The notes under the pieces are model-generated. The model was given only the letters and a program-made list of their open reading frames with translations. It was not told the origin of the DNA and ran no database searches. From assembly GCA_026195255.1 (NCBI GenBank), contig JAPHSS010000026.1, positions 15,403-79,402 on the forward strand: 64,000 nucleotides of DNA. The letters are read 5' to 3'. The position numbers and the translations under genes were made by a program. Positions 51,961 through 61,250 of the stretch are shown here, piece after piece (position 1 is the first letter of the stretch; each line of letters opens with the position of its first letter). This stretch comes from Gammaproteobacteria bacterium. GTDB taxonomy: Bacteria > Pseudomonadota > Gammaproteobacteria > SZUA-229.

Positions 51961-52003
51961 TTCTTGAGGAGCCAGGCTTCTTAAAAGAGCATTCCCAGTT
52001 TAT

Positions 52004-52101
52004 GGGTTGTTAGCCCAGTTGGGTAAATAGCGAATGAGCTATTTACGCGTAACAGGAAGTTTCGCAGGTTATGCGCAGTGAGGACAGGAGTCCGAACGCC
52101 A
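52004..52101 (+). other. tRNA-Lys-like 5' fragment fused to three hairpins (pseudo-tRNA or structured leader)
   Basis: First 18 nt match the tRNA-Lys 5' end at 15/18; hairpins GTAAATAGC/GCTATTTAC, GCGTAAC/GTTATGC and GGAC/GTCC. Confidence 0.5.
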
Positions 52102-52126
52102 GTAAAGATTGTTAAATATAGAATAT

Positions 52127-52202
52127 GGGCCGTTAGCTCAGTTGGTAGAGCAGTGGACTTTTAATCCATTGGTCCCGCGTTCGAGTCGCGGACGGCCCAC
52201 CA
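52127..52202 (+). tRNA. tRNA-Lys (UUU)
   Basis: 76-nt cloverleaf GGGCCGT...ACGGCCC-ACCA; anticodon loop CT-TTT-AA; GTTCGAGTC T-loop. Confidence 0.97.
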
Positions 52203-52208
52203 TATAAA

Positions 52209-52248
52209 ACAAAGACCTAGCTAATAAATAGCTAGGTCTTTGTCGTTT
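52209..52248 (+). terminator. Terminator-like hairpin after tRNA-Lys
   Basis: 15-bp perfect stem ACAAAGACCTAGCTA/TAGCTAGGTCTTTGT. Confidence 0.75.
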
Positions 52249-52390
52249 ATAAAGGTGTTTCTTTACATCTTTATGTTGCAGGCTGAGTCTGATTTTATTA
52301 ATTTTTGATAACAACAGGTTAATGTCTGGCTTGAGACGCTCTACAAGAGTCACCGTGTAAAATTTAAGAAAGAATAATTAGGAAAATCAA

Positions 52391-52576
52391 ATGATAAAAG
52401 TCGTTTTAGCTAATGTGATGGCATTATGTGTTTATTTGTTCGTATTAACTAATTTATGGGATGTTATGCCCTCTGATATCGGGCTATTGGCCCGCTTGTT
52501 TGGTTTTGGTTTGATACTACTATCACCATTTATAACATACAGCTTATATAGAAGAAATTTAGCCTATTGGAATTAG
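52391..52576 (+). CDS. Small hypothetical membrane protein (2 TM)
   Basis: AGGA RBS, two hydrophobic segments, 61 aa. Confidence 0.5.
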   Translation: MIKVVLANVMALCVYLFVLTNLWDVMPSDIGLLARLFGFGLILLSPFITYSLYRRNLAYWN

Positions 52577-52615
52577 TAAAATAGTTATCAGTAAAGCTGA
52601 TACCAATAAACAGAC

Positions 52616-52651
52616 AAAAAAAAGCCCGATTCAAAAGAGTCGGGCTTTTTT
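52616..52651. terminator. Bidirectional terminator ending the sox operon
   Basis: A8-GCCCGATTC-AAAA-GAGTCGGGC-T6. Confidence 0.85.
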
Positions 52652-52670
52652 ATTTGAGGCGTAAACTAAA

Positions 52671-53528
52671 TTACTTACGCACACCAGGGCCGTTCATAGT
52701 CAGGCCATTGCTCATATAAGTATGGAAATACTCAAGTGCACGGTACTCTGCGCTTTGAGCCTTAAATGGCTTAGCACGTACCTGCTTGTTACAACCGCCA
52801 TAACGACGGTGTAATGTACCCATACCATCACCCGAAGAGTTCGCCAGTGACCATTTGTTACGGTAAACAGGGAAGTGTGATGTCTGGCCTATAGCAGGGC
52901 TAAGGATATCAGCACGAACTTTACCGCCGGCATTATAGTAGTGACAATCAGCACATGACATATTTAACTGGCCACGTTTCGCATAAAAATGCTTCTTGCC
53001 GCGCTCATATTCCGCCATCGATTCAGGAGAATCAACAATTTGAACATTGCCTTTATGGCCACGTGATTTGTAAGCAAGGTAAGCAGTTAAATGAGCCATT
53101 TTACCTGTTTTATATTTCAGTGGTTTCTCGCCATTCTTTTCACGGCATTCGTTAATGGCTACTTCTAGCGTTACAACTTCACCACGTTTCTCACTGAAAT
53201 AAGGGAAGTTTTGCTTGATACCTTTTTCAGCCTGAGGGAAACAGCTAGAGTAGGTTTTGCCATTCTTGAATGGTGTGTTGAAAATATCTTCACCTTTATC
53301 AACATAGATTTCATACGGAGGGAAGTCTTCAAAAGCCTCCCATTGCTCACGTGATGCCTTATCTACTGAATAAACACCATTTGTGAAGTCCTGTAACGGG
53401 ACTGATGGAAACTTTTTAGTAAAGTGGTCTCTGAAATCTTTCAGATCCTGGTCCGGGTTTGCAGCTATACCAGCAAGTGGTGCAATTAGCATGCAAAGCG
53501 CAGAGACAATAACTGCAACTTTCTTCAT
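52671..53528 (-). CDS. soxA: SoxA, monoheme type
   Basis: KRGQLNMSCADCH, FPVYR, active-site RRYGGCNKQVRA; only one CxxCH. Confidence 0.94.
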   Translation of the reverse strand: MKKVAVIVSALCMLIAPLAGIAANPDQDLKDFRDHFTKKFPSVPLQDFTNGVYSVDKASREQWEAFEDFPPYEIYVDKGEDIFNTPFKNGKTYSSCFPQAEKGIKQNFPYFSEKRGEVVTLEVAINECREKNGEKPLKYKTGKMAHLTAYLAYKSRGHKGNVQIVDSPESMAEYERGKKHFYAKRGQLNMSCADCHYYNAGGKVRADILSPAIGQTSHFPVYRNKWSLANSSGDGMGTLHRRYGGCNKQVRAKPFKAQSAEYRALEYFHTYMSNGLTMNGPGVRK

Positions 53529-53585
53529 AATTTTTACCTTTTGTGTGTCCGAGGTTTGATTCAAAACTTATAATAGTTACAAAGC

Positions 53586-53900
53586 CTACTTAATTTTGGC
53601 TTCTACTGAATCGCTTTCACCTTTATTGTCCACCCAGCTCATTTTCAAGGTGTCGCCTTTTTTAGCGCCATTGAATTTAAATGACAAGTATGGGTTTTTA
53701 GAGATAGCAGTACCCCAGTCAGCATTCAATACATCATTGCCGTTATGGCTACATGTAACTTCCTGAATGAAGTGGGCAGGTATCATTTTGCCGGTTTTTT
53801 TGTTTTTACGTTGGCCGGTTTCCATAGCGTGACTAATCAGTGCTTTAACAACTGTTGTCTCACCTTTAACCTTAGCGCGTACTTTTATTGATTTAGCCAT
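53586..53900 (-). CDS. soxZ: SoxZ sulfur carrier subunit
   Basis: HAMETGQRK, PAHFI, ISKNPY and WVDNKG motifs. Confidence 0.95.
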   Translation of the reverse strand: MAKSIKVRAKVKGETTVVKALISHAMETGQRKNKKTGKMIPAHFIQEVTCSHNGNDVLNADWGTAISKNPYLSFKFNGAKKGDTLKMSWVDNKGESDSVEAKIK

Positions 53901-53955
53901 TATTTTAATTCCTCTAAGATATTTTTACCTAATCAGCGATATTTCCTGATAGGTG

Positions 53956-54426
53956 TTAGCCGCCGCAGCCGCCTATAGTAACTTTAACTTCTTTTTTAGC
54001 GCTATATAGTTTGCCGTTAGCTTTAACAACAACTACCAGGTCAGATGTTGTACTCATTTTTACACGAGTAGAAACAAAACCTTCAGCGCCTTTGCCCATT
54101 TTGAATGTGGCAGTTAAAGGTGTAGGGTTCTTAGAAATAAGCAGGCTAATTGATTCAGTGCCAGCAATTTTACTAGTTACTGTAATAGGTACTACAGCAC
54201 CATTTTCTGCGATTTCAGGCGCTTTTAAAGCAATATCTGAACTCTCAGTTGTCGCGCTGCTACCAAATGCATTATTAATAGCGGTGTCAACATCAGTTGC
54301 AGCAAATGCTGCTTTAGGCCATGCAGCCATAACTGCGCGGGGAGTGATAAGACCTGCACTTACAGCAACGCCAAATGCGCCTGCTGCGGCAGAGCTCTTA
54401 ATAAAAGATCTACGTTTAGTGTTCAT
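53956..54426 (-). CDS. soxY: SoxY sulfur carrier subunit
   Basis: Tat signal KRRSFIK, APEIAENGAVVP, C-terminal VTIGGCGG. Confidence 0.97.
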   Translation of the reverse strand: MNTKRRSFIKSSAAAGAFGVAVSAGLITPRAVMAAWPKAAFAATDVDTAINNAFGSSATTESSDIALKAPEIAENGAVVPITVTSKIAGTESISLLISKNPTPLTATFKMGKGAEGFVSTRVKMSTTSDLVVVVKANGKLYSAKKEVKVTIGGCGG

Positions 54427-54447
54427 TATTTTTACCTTAAATATTTT

Positions 54448-54834
54448 TTATAATGAGTATACAAACTCAACAACTTTGTCTATTTCAGCATCACTTAATA
54501 TTTCGTGACTGCCAAATGGAGGCATCATAGTGTTGGGATTAGCCGTACGGGAATCATATATCTGTGCCCGAAGTTTACTCTTGTCAGGGAACCTGTCTTT
54601 CATTGCTACCCCTTCGATAGACAATGCGGGACCGATGTTACCGGCTAGTTTGCCACCTTTAATAACGTGGCATGACAGGCAATTACCTTTCTTTCTATTG
54701 AAGGCAATTTTCTTGCCTTCAGCAATTGCCGAAGCGTCCTCTGCAATAGAGATGCTCGGCAATGAGAAAGCTAGTGTACCCAGCAATGCAGCAACAGATG
54801 TTGCTGTAGAAATGGTTTTAGCGGTGTACCGCAT
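54448..54834 (-). CDS. soxX: SoxX c-type cytochrome
   Basis: KGNCLSCH, GNIGPAL and NPNTMMPPFG motifs. Confidence 0.95.
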   Translation of the reverse strand: MRYTAKTISTATSVAALLGTLAFSLPSISIAEDASAIAEGKKIAFNRKKGNCLSCHVIKGGKLAGNIGPALSIEGVAMKDRFPDKSKLRAQIYDSRTANPNTMMPPFGSHEILSDAEIDKVVEFVYSL

Positions 54835-55022
54835 AATTCACTCCTCAGTGTTTTTGATTACGTGGAAAAAAGACTCAGTTTATAGATAGCAGTCAGTTTA
54901 TATTTATTCCATTATTTTCTGAAGATTATTAATTAAAAGCCCGGTTTCTTTATTTGCGGCCTGGTTTCTGATTAATATCTTTATGCTAACTTATAATTAT
55001 TATGTATTAAACTGAAGTTGTT

Positions 55023-55050
55023 AGCATACTGAAAACACGGTCGATAGCAA
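55023..55050 (-). promoter_or_regulatory. Putative sigma70 promoter for soxXYZA
   Basis: Minus strand TTGCTA-16-TATGCT about 190 bp upstream of soxX. Confidence 0.35.
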
Positions 55051-55106
55051 GAAAAATGTATGCCTATCAATATGTTATATATATCTAATATTAGAAATAA
55101 CTAATG

Positions 55107-56558
55107 TTACCCCCTGCTTTCTTTTCTTTGTTTTTGAATTTGTAAATGTAACTCCTGTTTTCTTGATTCAAGTCTTTGAATAGTAAGCTTATTTAATTCT
55201 GGTTGACGCAGGGCATTATTAATTTGCTGAATAGCCAGGTTAGTATAACCTTCGAGTTCATACTCATAACTCGTTGCTTCAAGTGCCAGAGAGGTTTGTC
55301 CTTTTGAGAAATAAGCTTTTGCAAGGGTGTTATAAACAATCGGTTGTTTTTTAGTCCGTAGTTGCAGATTAAGTAATGAGATGGCTTCTTCACTTTGCTT
55401 TGCACTGATAAGACTTTCTGCGTATCGAATTGATACCGGCAGGTAATTTGGAAATAAGGTGTTCAGTTTCTTTAATGTAGTTAATGCCAAGCTGTCTTTT
55501 TCAGCTGCGCGATATGCATCAGCAAGCGCTAATTCTATCCAGGGATGAGAGTTGCTCTGGCTTATTTCTGATAGAAGTCTAATCGCTTTATCAGTCTGCT
55601 TGTTTTTAATATATGCGATGCCCAGAGTATATTGAGATACGAGATTTACTTTATCCGCGTTAAATTGTTCAATCTGGTTTATCAGTTGTTGCGCGGAGTT
55701 GCTCATTTCCACAAGTATGCGAGCACGCATTAATTGAAAATCGAGGCTGTCATCAGGTAAATGTCTATCTTTAGGTGTAATACGGTTTCGCGCCTCTGCT
55801 ATTCGAGTAGTGCTCAGTGGGTGAGTGCGTAAATATTCCATCTTGGCGATAATATTATCTGTTTCGGATTTTTGTAAAAGGGTTTCAAAAAAACCAGCCA
55901 TGCCTTCCGGGTTTATACCAGCATCTGTAAGTACAGCTATGCCAATGCGATCCGCTTCATGCTCATTGGCGCGGGTAAAATTGATCTGTGATTGCATAAG
56001 CGCAGCAGATCCACCGTAAATAATGGCGGCCCCCGCTTCAGGATTTTGAGACGCAACCAGAATGCCGGCAAGAATGGTTGCAAACATGGTGGCAGGGTTA
56101 ACATTAGATTCCGTCATTGCCCGGGCAAGGTGTCTTTGAGTAACATGAGATATTTCATGTGCCATTACACCAGCTAGTTCACTTTCGTTCTTTGCAGAAA
56201 TAATTAAGCCTGTATGAAAGCCTATATTGGCATCAGGACCGGCAAAAGCATTTATATTTGCAACTTTTATTACAAATATACGAATTTTTTTATCAGGTTG
56301 GCTACTATGAGAAATTAACTTTTGACCCAGGTTGGTCATATAGTCATTTACTTCCAGGTCGGTAACAAAAGGCACGCTGGCTTTTATTGTGCGATAAAAC
56401 TGGTTACCCATTAAATGTTCACGATAAGGCGTGAGCTCCTGTTGGGTCGGGTCACCCAGTACGGGTAATTCTGCCTTGCTATATGGAGAAACGTTTAACA
56501 GTAAAATTGAAATAAAGGTGCGTAAATAAGTTTTTGGGTGCATCTGAGCATTATACAA
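55107..56558 (-). CDS. bepA: M48 metalloprotease with TPRs (BepA/YfgC-like)
   Basis: INAFA, AHEISH (HExxH), EHEADRIG, THP, C-terminal TPR-like helices. Confidence 0.85.
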   Translation of the reverse strand: MYNAQMHPKTYLRTFISILLLNVSPYSKAELPVLGDPTQQELTPYREHLMGNQFYRTIKASVPFVTDLEVNDYMTNLGQKLISHSSQPDKKIRIFVIKVANINAFAGPDANIGFHTGLIISAKNESELAGVMAHEISHVTQRHLARAMTESNVNPATMFATILAGILVASQNPEAGAAIIYGGSAALMQSQINFTRANEHEADRIGIAVLTDAGINPEGMAGFFETLLQKSETDNIIAKMEYLRTHPLSTTRIAEARNRITPKDRHLPDDSLDFQLMRARILVEMSNSAQQLINQIEQFNADKVNLVSQYTLGIAYIKNKQTDKAIRLLSEISQSNSHPWIELALADAYRAAEKDSLALTTLKKLNTLFPNYLPVSIRYAESLISAKQSEEAISLLNLQLRTKKQPIVYNTLAKAYFSKGQTSLALEATSYEYELEGYTNLAIQQINNALRQPELNKLTIQRLESRKQELHLQIQKQRKESRG

Positions 56559-56690
56559 AAAAGTGTACTTTTATGACCACAGGTTTTAAATAAAGTGCAA
56601 ATTTGTTTAAGAATTAAATAAACAGACTGCCTGTATGAGGTTATATTTTCGTCAGGGTGATGATGCCTAAACGTTTTACTAAAATTAAGC

Positions 56691-56719
56691 AAAAAAAAGC
56701 ACCCGTCCGGGTGCTTTTT
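56691..56719 (-). terminator. Rho-independent terminator after the dsrE-family gene
   Basis: A8-GCACCCG-TC-CGGGTGC-T5. Confidence 0.8.
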
Positions 56720-56741
56720 CTTAATCTCAATTAGTCTATTA

Positions 56742-57254
56742 TTAGATAAATAGTGATTGTGTCGCGTCTGAAGCTTCTTCAAAGTAAGTTGCAGCACCTA
56801 CGTATTCAACACCATCGATAAATACATCAGTGTTATAACCGAATAGTTCAACTGTCATCTGGCAAGCAAGGAATTTAACTTCTGCTTCCTGGCAAAGTTC
56901 ACGTAACTCAGCGATAGATGCAACACCGCAATTAGCGATAGTCTTTTTCATTAATGTAGTAGCAATGCTGTCCATAAAAGGGATATTCCACATTACATTA
57001 GGAATTTTAGGGCCAAAATCGATCTTTCTTAACCATTGGGGGCCCATAGGCATTTTCATTGGCATAGAAGGGTTACCCGTTGGGGTCACTTTTAGTGTGC
57101 TTGTGTCTTTTAACAGCAGGTTAAGTCCGTAGAATGTATAAAATACAGAAACTGTCATACCAAGTGCAGCTGCAGTACTGGCTAGAATGAAGGGAGGGTA
57201 CGCCCAGTCTAGTGTGCCTTTGGTTGCGATAATGGTTAGCTTTGGGTCGCTCAT
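56742..57254 (-). CDS. DsrE2-like sulfurtransferase (DsrE/DsrF family)
   Basis: KGTLDWAYPPFILASTAAA, FYTFYGL, ACQMT and VGAATY motifs. Confidence 0.88.
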   Translation of the reverse strand: MSDPKLTIIATKGTLDWAYPPFILASTAAALGMTVSVFYTFYGLNLLLKDTSTLKVTPTGNPSMPMKMPMGPQWLRKIDFGPKIPNVMWNIPFMDSIATTLMKKTIANCGVASIAELRELCQEAEVKFLACQMTVELFGYNTDVFIDGVEYVGAATYFEEASDATQSLFI

Positions 57255-57674
57255 GTGAAATCTCTCCTCAATTAAAGATCCTGGTTAATGGCTCATGGCT
57301 GGGTATTCGCTGATGCTAATTGACGCCAGATTATCGCCGAAAAACCATACATATAAAAAAATTAGTCGATCGTATTAGTTTTCAAAGTCTAACCTTACAA
57401 TTGAATGTCAATAAAAGGCAAGTATTACGATAATATTTTTTTAGTCAAGCAGATAAAAGGTTGATGATAAAAAAGCAGATTATCTCCACGCAATGTCATA
57501 ACATATTGATAAATATAATTATTTGTTTCTTGCATGGTAAATGGGCAACGACCAGATACTGTGTATTAGTATTTGCTAATTTTTCGAGGGTGCTTTAAGT
57601 CTTGCCTAAGGGATTAAATTAATGAGAGAATAGCCCAGTTATATTAATATATTATAATATTAGGTTAATACATT

Positions 57675-57995
57675 ATGTTTGGTGTTAAAGAATTAGATGT
57701 TGATACACTTCAGTCGTATATCGATGAAGGTAAAAAGATCCGTTTACTGGATGTGCGGGGCTTAGGTGAAATGGCGCAAGGCATGATTCCTAATGCTGAA
57801 AAATTACCCTTACATACATTACCTGCTCGCCTGAATGAAATAGGCACGGATGAAATCACGGTTCTTTATTGTCGAAGTGGTGCGCGCTCTGCACAGGGTG
57901 TTGGTTATATGGCACAGCAAGGCTTCGATAATGTTTATAACTTGCGTGGTGGTATTATTGCCTGGGCACGAAATGGTATGCCGTTAATGTCGTAA
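57675..57995 (+). CDS. Single-domain rhodanese sulfurtransferase
   Basis: LLDVR, YCRSGARS and NLRGGIIAW motifs. Confidence 0.92.
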   Translation: MFGVKELDVDTLQSYIDEGKKIRLLDVRGLGEMAQGMIPNAEKLPLHTLPARLNEIGTDEITVLYCRSGARSAQGVGYMAQQGFDNVYNLRGGIIAWARNGMPLMS

Positions 57996-58017
57996 TTAAT
58001 ACTTTAAGATATATTGT

Positions 58018-58045
58018 AAAAAGCGCTCCTTGTGAGCGCTTTTTT
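58018..58045 (+). terminator. Rho-independent terminator after the rhodanese gene
   Basis: AAAAAGCGCTC-CTTGT-GAGCGCTTTTTT. Confidence 0.82.
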
Positions 58046-58083
58046 ATTGTCTGGCTTTTTACTTATGGACCTTCTTTATGGAC

Positions 58084-58253
58084 CGTCTCCATCGGGGAAA
58101 GGTTGACGTTTTTTGGCACCCTGAGCTTCACCCTGTCCCCTTAATCTATACCACCAAGAGCTGAAAGTGTAGTGAGTCGATTCCGTAAAACTCTTGATGG
58201 CATCACAACAGGGGACAGGGCGCAAAAAGCGCGACCTTTCCCCGATGGAGACG
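58084..58253. repeat. Palindromic intergenic element, copy B (related to 9261-9401)
   Basis: Perfect 20-bp terminal inverted repeat CGTCTCCATCGGGGAAAGGT; right arm 31/37 identical to copy A. Confidence 0.85.
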
Positions 58254-58696
58254 TTCAATGACAGCAGAATACAATGATTTAATCTTGTCGACGGTAATTT
58301 ACAGAGTTAAGCGATTCTGCTATCAAATCAGTTCTGCTGATTAATTTTTAAATAAAAATAAAATTTTAATCATTTTTATATTAAACATTTAACGCACAAC
58401 TGAGATGAAATTAGAGTAGTAAAAGTGTTTTTTAATAAATCATATATTATTATATTTAAATATTCTTATTTAATAACTTAACTAAAGAATATTGATCATT
58501 TATTGATTAATTACAATTTTTCTACTAAAACACTTTAAAAGAACTACATTTCTCTTTTATTTTATTGACTTTAAACAGGTGTTTTGAGATCGTTCCGCAC
58601 CAGCAAGGGCTCGCTTTTTAAGTTGTCAGGATACAGCATCAAAAAAATAAATTTAGCGCAGTAAAGCGCACAACTCTCAATTTGAGGATTACAATT

Positions 58697-60022
58697 ATGT
58701 CACGTGGTATTAAGAAGTCCTTAATCGCCCTTTCAGTTTCAGGCGTTTTATTCGCCCCATCAGCATTTGCTACAAATGGTTATTTTTCACATGGTTACAG
58801 TACATCAGAAAAAGGTTTGGCTGGTGCAGGTGTTGCACACTCTTCTGATTCACTAGCTTCAGCAACTAACCCCGCAGGTTTAGTTAAAGTAGGTAGTCGC
58901 ATGGATGTAGGTGCGGCGCTCTTTAACCCAAATCGTCAATACACAATTGAAGGTGCTCCGAATCCTCCACCTGCATTTGGTTTGGCTCCAGGAACTTACG
59001 AAAGTGACCACTCTTTATTTCTAATACCGCATATTGGTTATAACTCAATGATAGATGACTCCAGTTCATGGGGAATTGCCGCTTATGGTAATGGTGGTAT
59101 GAATTCAAGTTATAGTGGTGCCGATGTGCCGCCGGCAGGAACGTTTTATGGTGGTACAGCCGGTGTAAATCTGTCTCAGTTATTCATTAATTTATCTTAC
59201 TCAAAGCAGCTCAATGACAAACACTCTGTTGGTGCAAGTGCTATTTTTGCTTACCAGATGTTTAAAGCTGATGGTTTAGGTGCTTTTGGAGCTCAGGGTT
59301 ATTCAAATGATGATACCAAGCTGACGAATAAAGGCGATGACACATCTATGGGGTTTGGTGTAAAGCTGGGTTGGCAGGGTGAGATTACTCAAGCAATTAC
59401 TTTAGGTGTGTCTTATCAATCTGAAATGGCAATGAGTGAATTTGACGATTACGCGGGTTTGTTTGCAGAACAGGGTGATTTTGATATTCCTGCATCAGCA
59501 ACACTTGGCCTGGCCTGGAAAACCAGTAAGTCATCTACTTTAGTTTTTGATATCCAGCAAATCTATTATAGTGATGTAGCATCGATAGGTAATGGTATTG
59601 AAAATTTATTTGCATGTGCGGCTGCGGGTAGTGCGCCTCAACCGACATGTTTAGGTGGTTCGAACGGTGCTGGTTTTGGCTGGGATGATATGACTGTATT
59701 CAAACTGGGTTATGAATGGGGTGACGATATTACCTGGCGTGTAGGTGTTAGTACAACAGATCAGCCAATACAGGGCGGCGGCGAAACCACACCTCCACCT
59801 AATGGTAGTCAGGTACTTTTCAATATATTAGCACCTGGTGTAGTTGAAACTCATATCACGGCGGGTATGACCATGCCTTTAGGTTCAAATTCAGAAATTT
59901 CATTTGCTGCTATGTATGCACCGAGTACTTCTGTGAAAGGTAGTACGCAGTTTGATGCGCAGACAGCTGAGTTAGAAATGGATCAGTTTGAGCTTCAGGG
60001 TACTTACACAATGAAGTTCTAA
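58697..60022 (+). CDS. OmpP1/FadL/TodX-family outer-membrane transporter
   Basis: Signal peptide ending AFA-TNGYF, GLAGAG, NPAG hatch motif, C-terminal Phe. Confidence 0.87.
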   Translation: MSRGIKKSLIALSVSGVLFAPSAFATNGYFSHGYSTSEKGLAGAGVAHSSDSLASATNPAGLVKVGSRMDVGAALFNPNRQYTIEGAPNPPPAFGLAPGTYESDHSLFLIPHIGYNSMIDDSSSWGIAAYGNGGMNSSYSGADVPPAGTFYGGTAGVNLSQLFINLSYSKQLNDKHSVGASAIFAYQMFKADGLGAFGAQGYSNDDTKLTNKGDDTSMGFGVKLGWQGEITQAITLGVSYQSEMAMSEFDDYAGLFAEQGDFDIPASATLGLAWKTSKSSTLVFDIQQIYYSDVASIGNGIENLFACAAAGSAPQPTCLGGSNGAGFGWDDMTVFKLGYEWGDDITWRVGVSTTDQPIQGGGETTPPPNGSQVLFNILAPGVVETHITAGMTMPLGSNSEISFAAMYAPSTSVKGSTQFDAQTAELEMDQFELQGTYTMKF

Positions 60023-60049
60023 AATAGCCTATAAAAATATTTATATGCT

Positions 60050-60081
60050 AAAAAGCCGCGCATTACAGCGCGGCTTTTTTT
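60050..60081 (+). terminator. Rho-independent terminator
   Basis: AAAAAGCCGCGC-ATTACA-GCGCGGC-T7. Confidence 0.85.
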
Positions 60082-60162
60082 ATGTCAAAAATTATTAAAC
60101 GCAAAACATTGAAAATAAGAAAATAACCAATTACTTAAATACAATTGAGATTAATTTTTCCG

Positions 60163-60190
60163 TTGACAAGTACTAGGTCAGACGTATATT
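60163..60190 (+). promoter_or_regulatory. Putative sigma70 promoter
   Basis: TTGACA-16-TATATT about 75 bp upstream of ORF 60264. Confidence 0.55.
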
Positions 60191-60263
60191 TTGATCGCAC
60201 GTTGTTAATGCGTGATCCTACATAAAACACACCTTATCGACATAAGGGAACGGAGTTATAAAA

Positions 60264-61190
60264 ATGAAGATGAAATTACTAACAAAAGTTGCACTAGCAA
60301 TGTTAGTTGGCGTGGTTATTACTACTGCTCAAGCAGCTCAAACTTATTTACCTTTTGCGCTTGCATCAAATGATGCTGGAACAGTTGCAGATAAAATTGA
60401 AGCTACAAAAAAATCACTATCCGATAATGGTTTTGAAATTGCCGGTGAGTACTCGCCTTATAAAGGCGCTCATATAATTGTTGTTACAAATGCTGAGCTT
60501 AAAAAAGCAGCTGCTTCTAAACCACGTGGTGGTTATGTTGCTGCACAGCGTATTTCTTTAACTGAATTAGGCGGCAAGGTTCAGGTTTCTTATACAAACC
60601 CGGTTTATATGTCATATGCATACCGCGTTAATAATAAACTACCTCAAACATCAGCCGCTTTGAAAAAAGCACTGGGCCATATTCAGGATTTTGGTCCTGC
60701 TGAAGCAATGGATTCAGAAGATCTAAATGAATATCACTATACATTCGGTATGGAGTATTTTGATGAGCCTTTAGAGTTAAATTCAAAGGGTAGTCATGAC
60801 GCAATGGTTGCTGAAATTGAAAAGAACCTGAATGCCAAAAGAAATGGTGCTGCTCAAGTTTATAAAATTAACATCCCTGGAACTTCACAAACTTTATTCG
60901 GTGTAGCTATGAAAGCGCCAAACGAAGGTAAGAAGTATATGGATGATAGTTTTATTATGAGTGAAATCGACTTTAAACCATTACGCTCAACTGCTCACCT
61001 GCCTTATGAAATTCTGGTAAATGGTAAGCAGGCTGAAGCATTACATGCGCGTTTCCGTATTGCTATTAACTTTCCTGACCTGGCCATGATGGGTGACAAT
61101 AGCTTTATGAACATTATGGCAACACCTGATGCAATTCGTGATGTGTTATCAGCTGTAGCTGGTGGTGAAATAGAAGATGAAGACTTCTAA
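60264..61190 (+). CDS. Hypothetical periplasmic protein
   Basis: Signal peptide ending AQA, GGAG RBS, own promoter and terminator. Confidence 0.8.
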   Translation: MKMKLLTKVALAMLVGVVITTAQAAQTYLPFALASNDAGTVADKIEATKKSLSDNGFEIAGEYSPYKGAHIIVVTNAELKKAAASKPRGGYVAAQRISLTELGGKVQVSYTNPVYMSYAYRVNNKLPQTSAALKKALGHIQDFGPAEAMDSEDLNEYHYTFGMEYFDEPLELNSKGSHDAMVAEIEKNLNAKRNGAAQVYKINIPGTSQTLFGVAMKAPNEGKKYMDDSFIMSEIDFKPLRSTAHLPYEILVNGKQAEALHARFRIAINFPDLAMMGDNSFMNIMATPDAIRDVLSAVAGGEIEDEDF

Positions 61191-61218
61191 TTAATTTAGT
61201 TGTTGATATCTATTAATG

Positions 61219-61250
61219 AGAGAGCCCGGTTTACCGGGCTTTCTCTATTT
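61219..61250 (+). terminator. Terminator-like hairpin
   Basis: AGAGAGCCCGGT-TT-ACCGGGCTTTCT. Confidence 0.7.

Noticed and set aside
52138..52353. 71-aa minus-strand ORF
   Set aside because: Overlaps tRNA-Lys and its terminator in antisense
52127..52600. Integrative element at tRNA-Lys
   Set aside because: No integrase and no duplicated tRNA 3' end; only one small ORF before soxA
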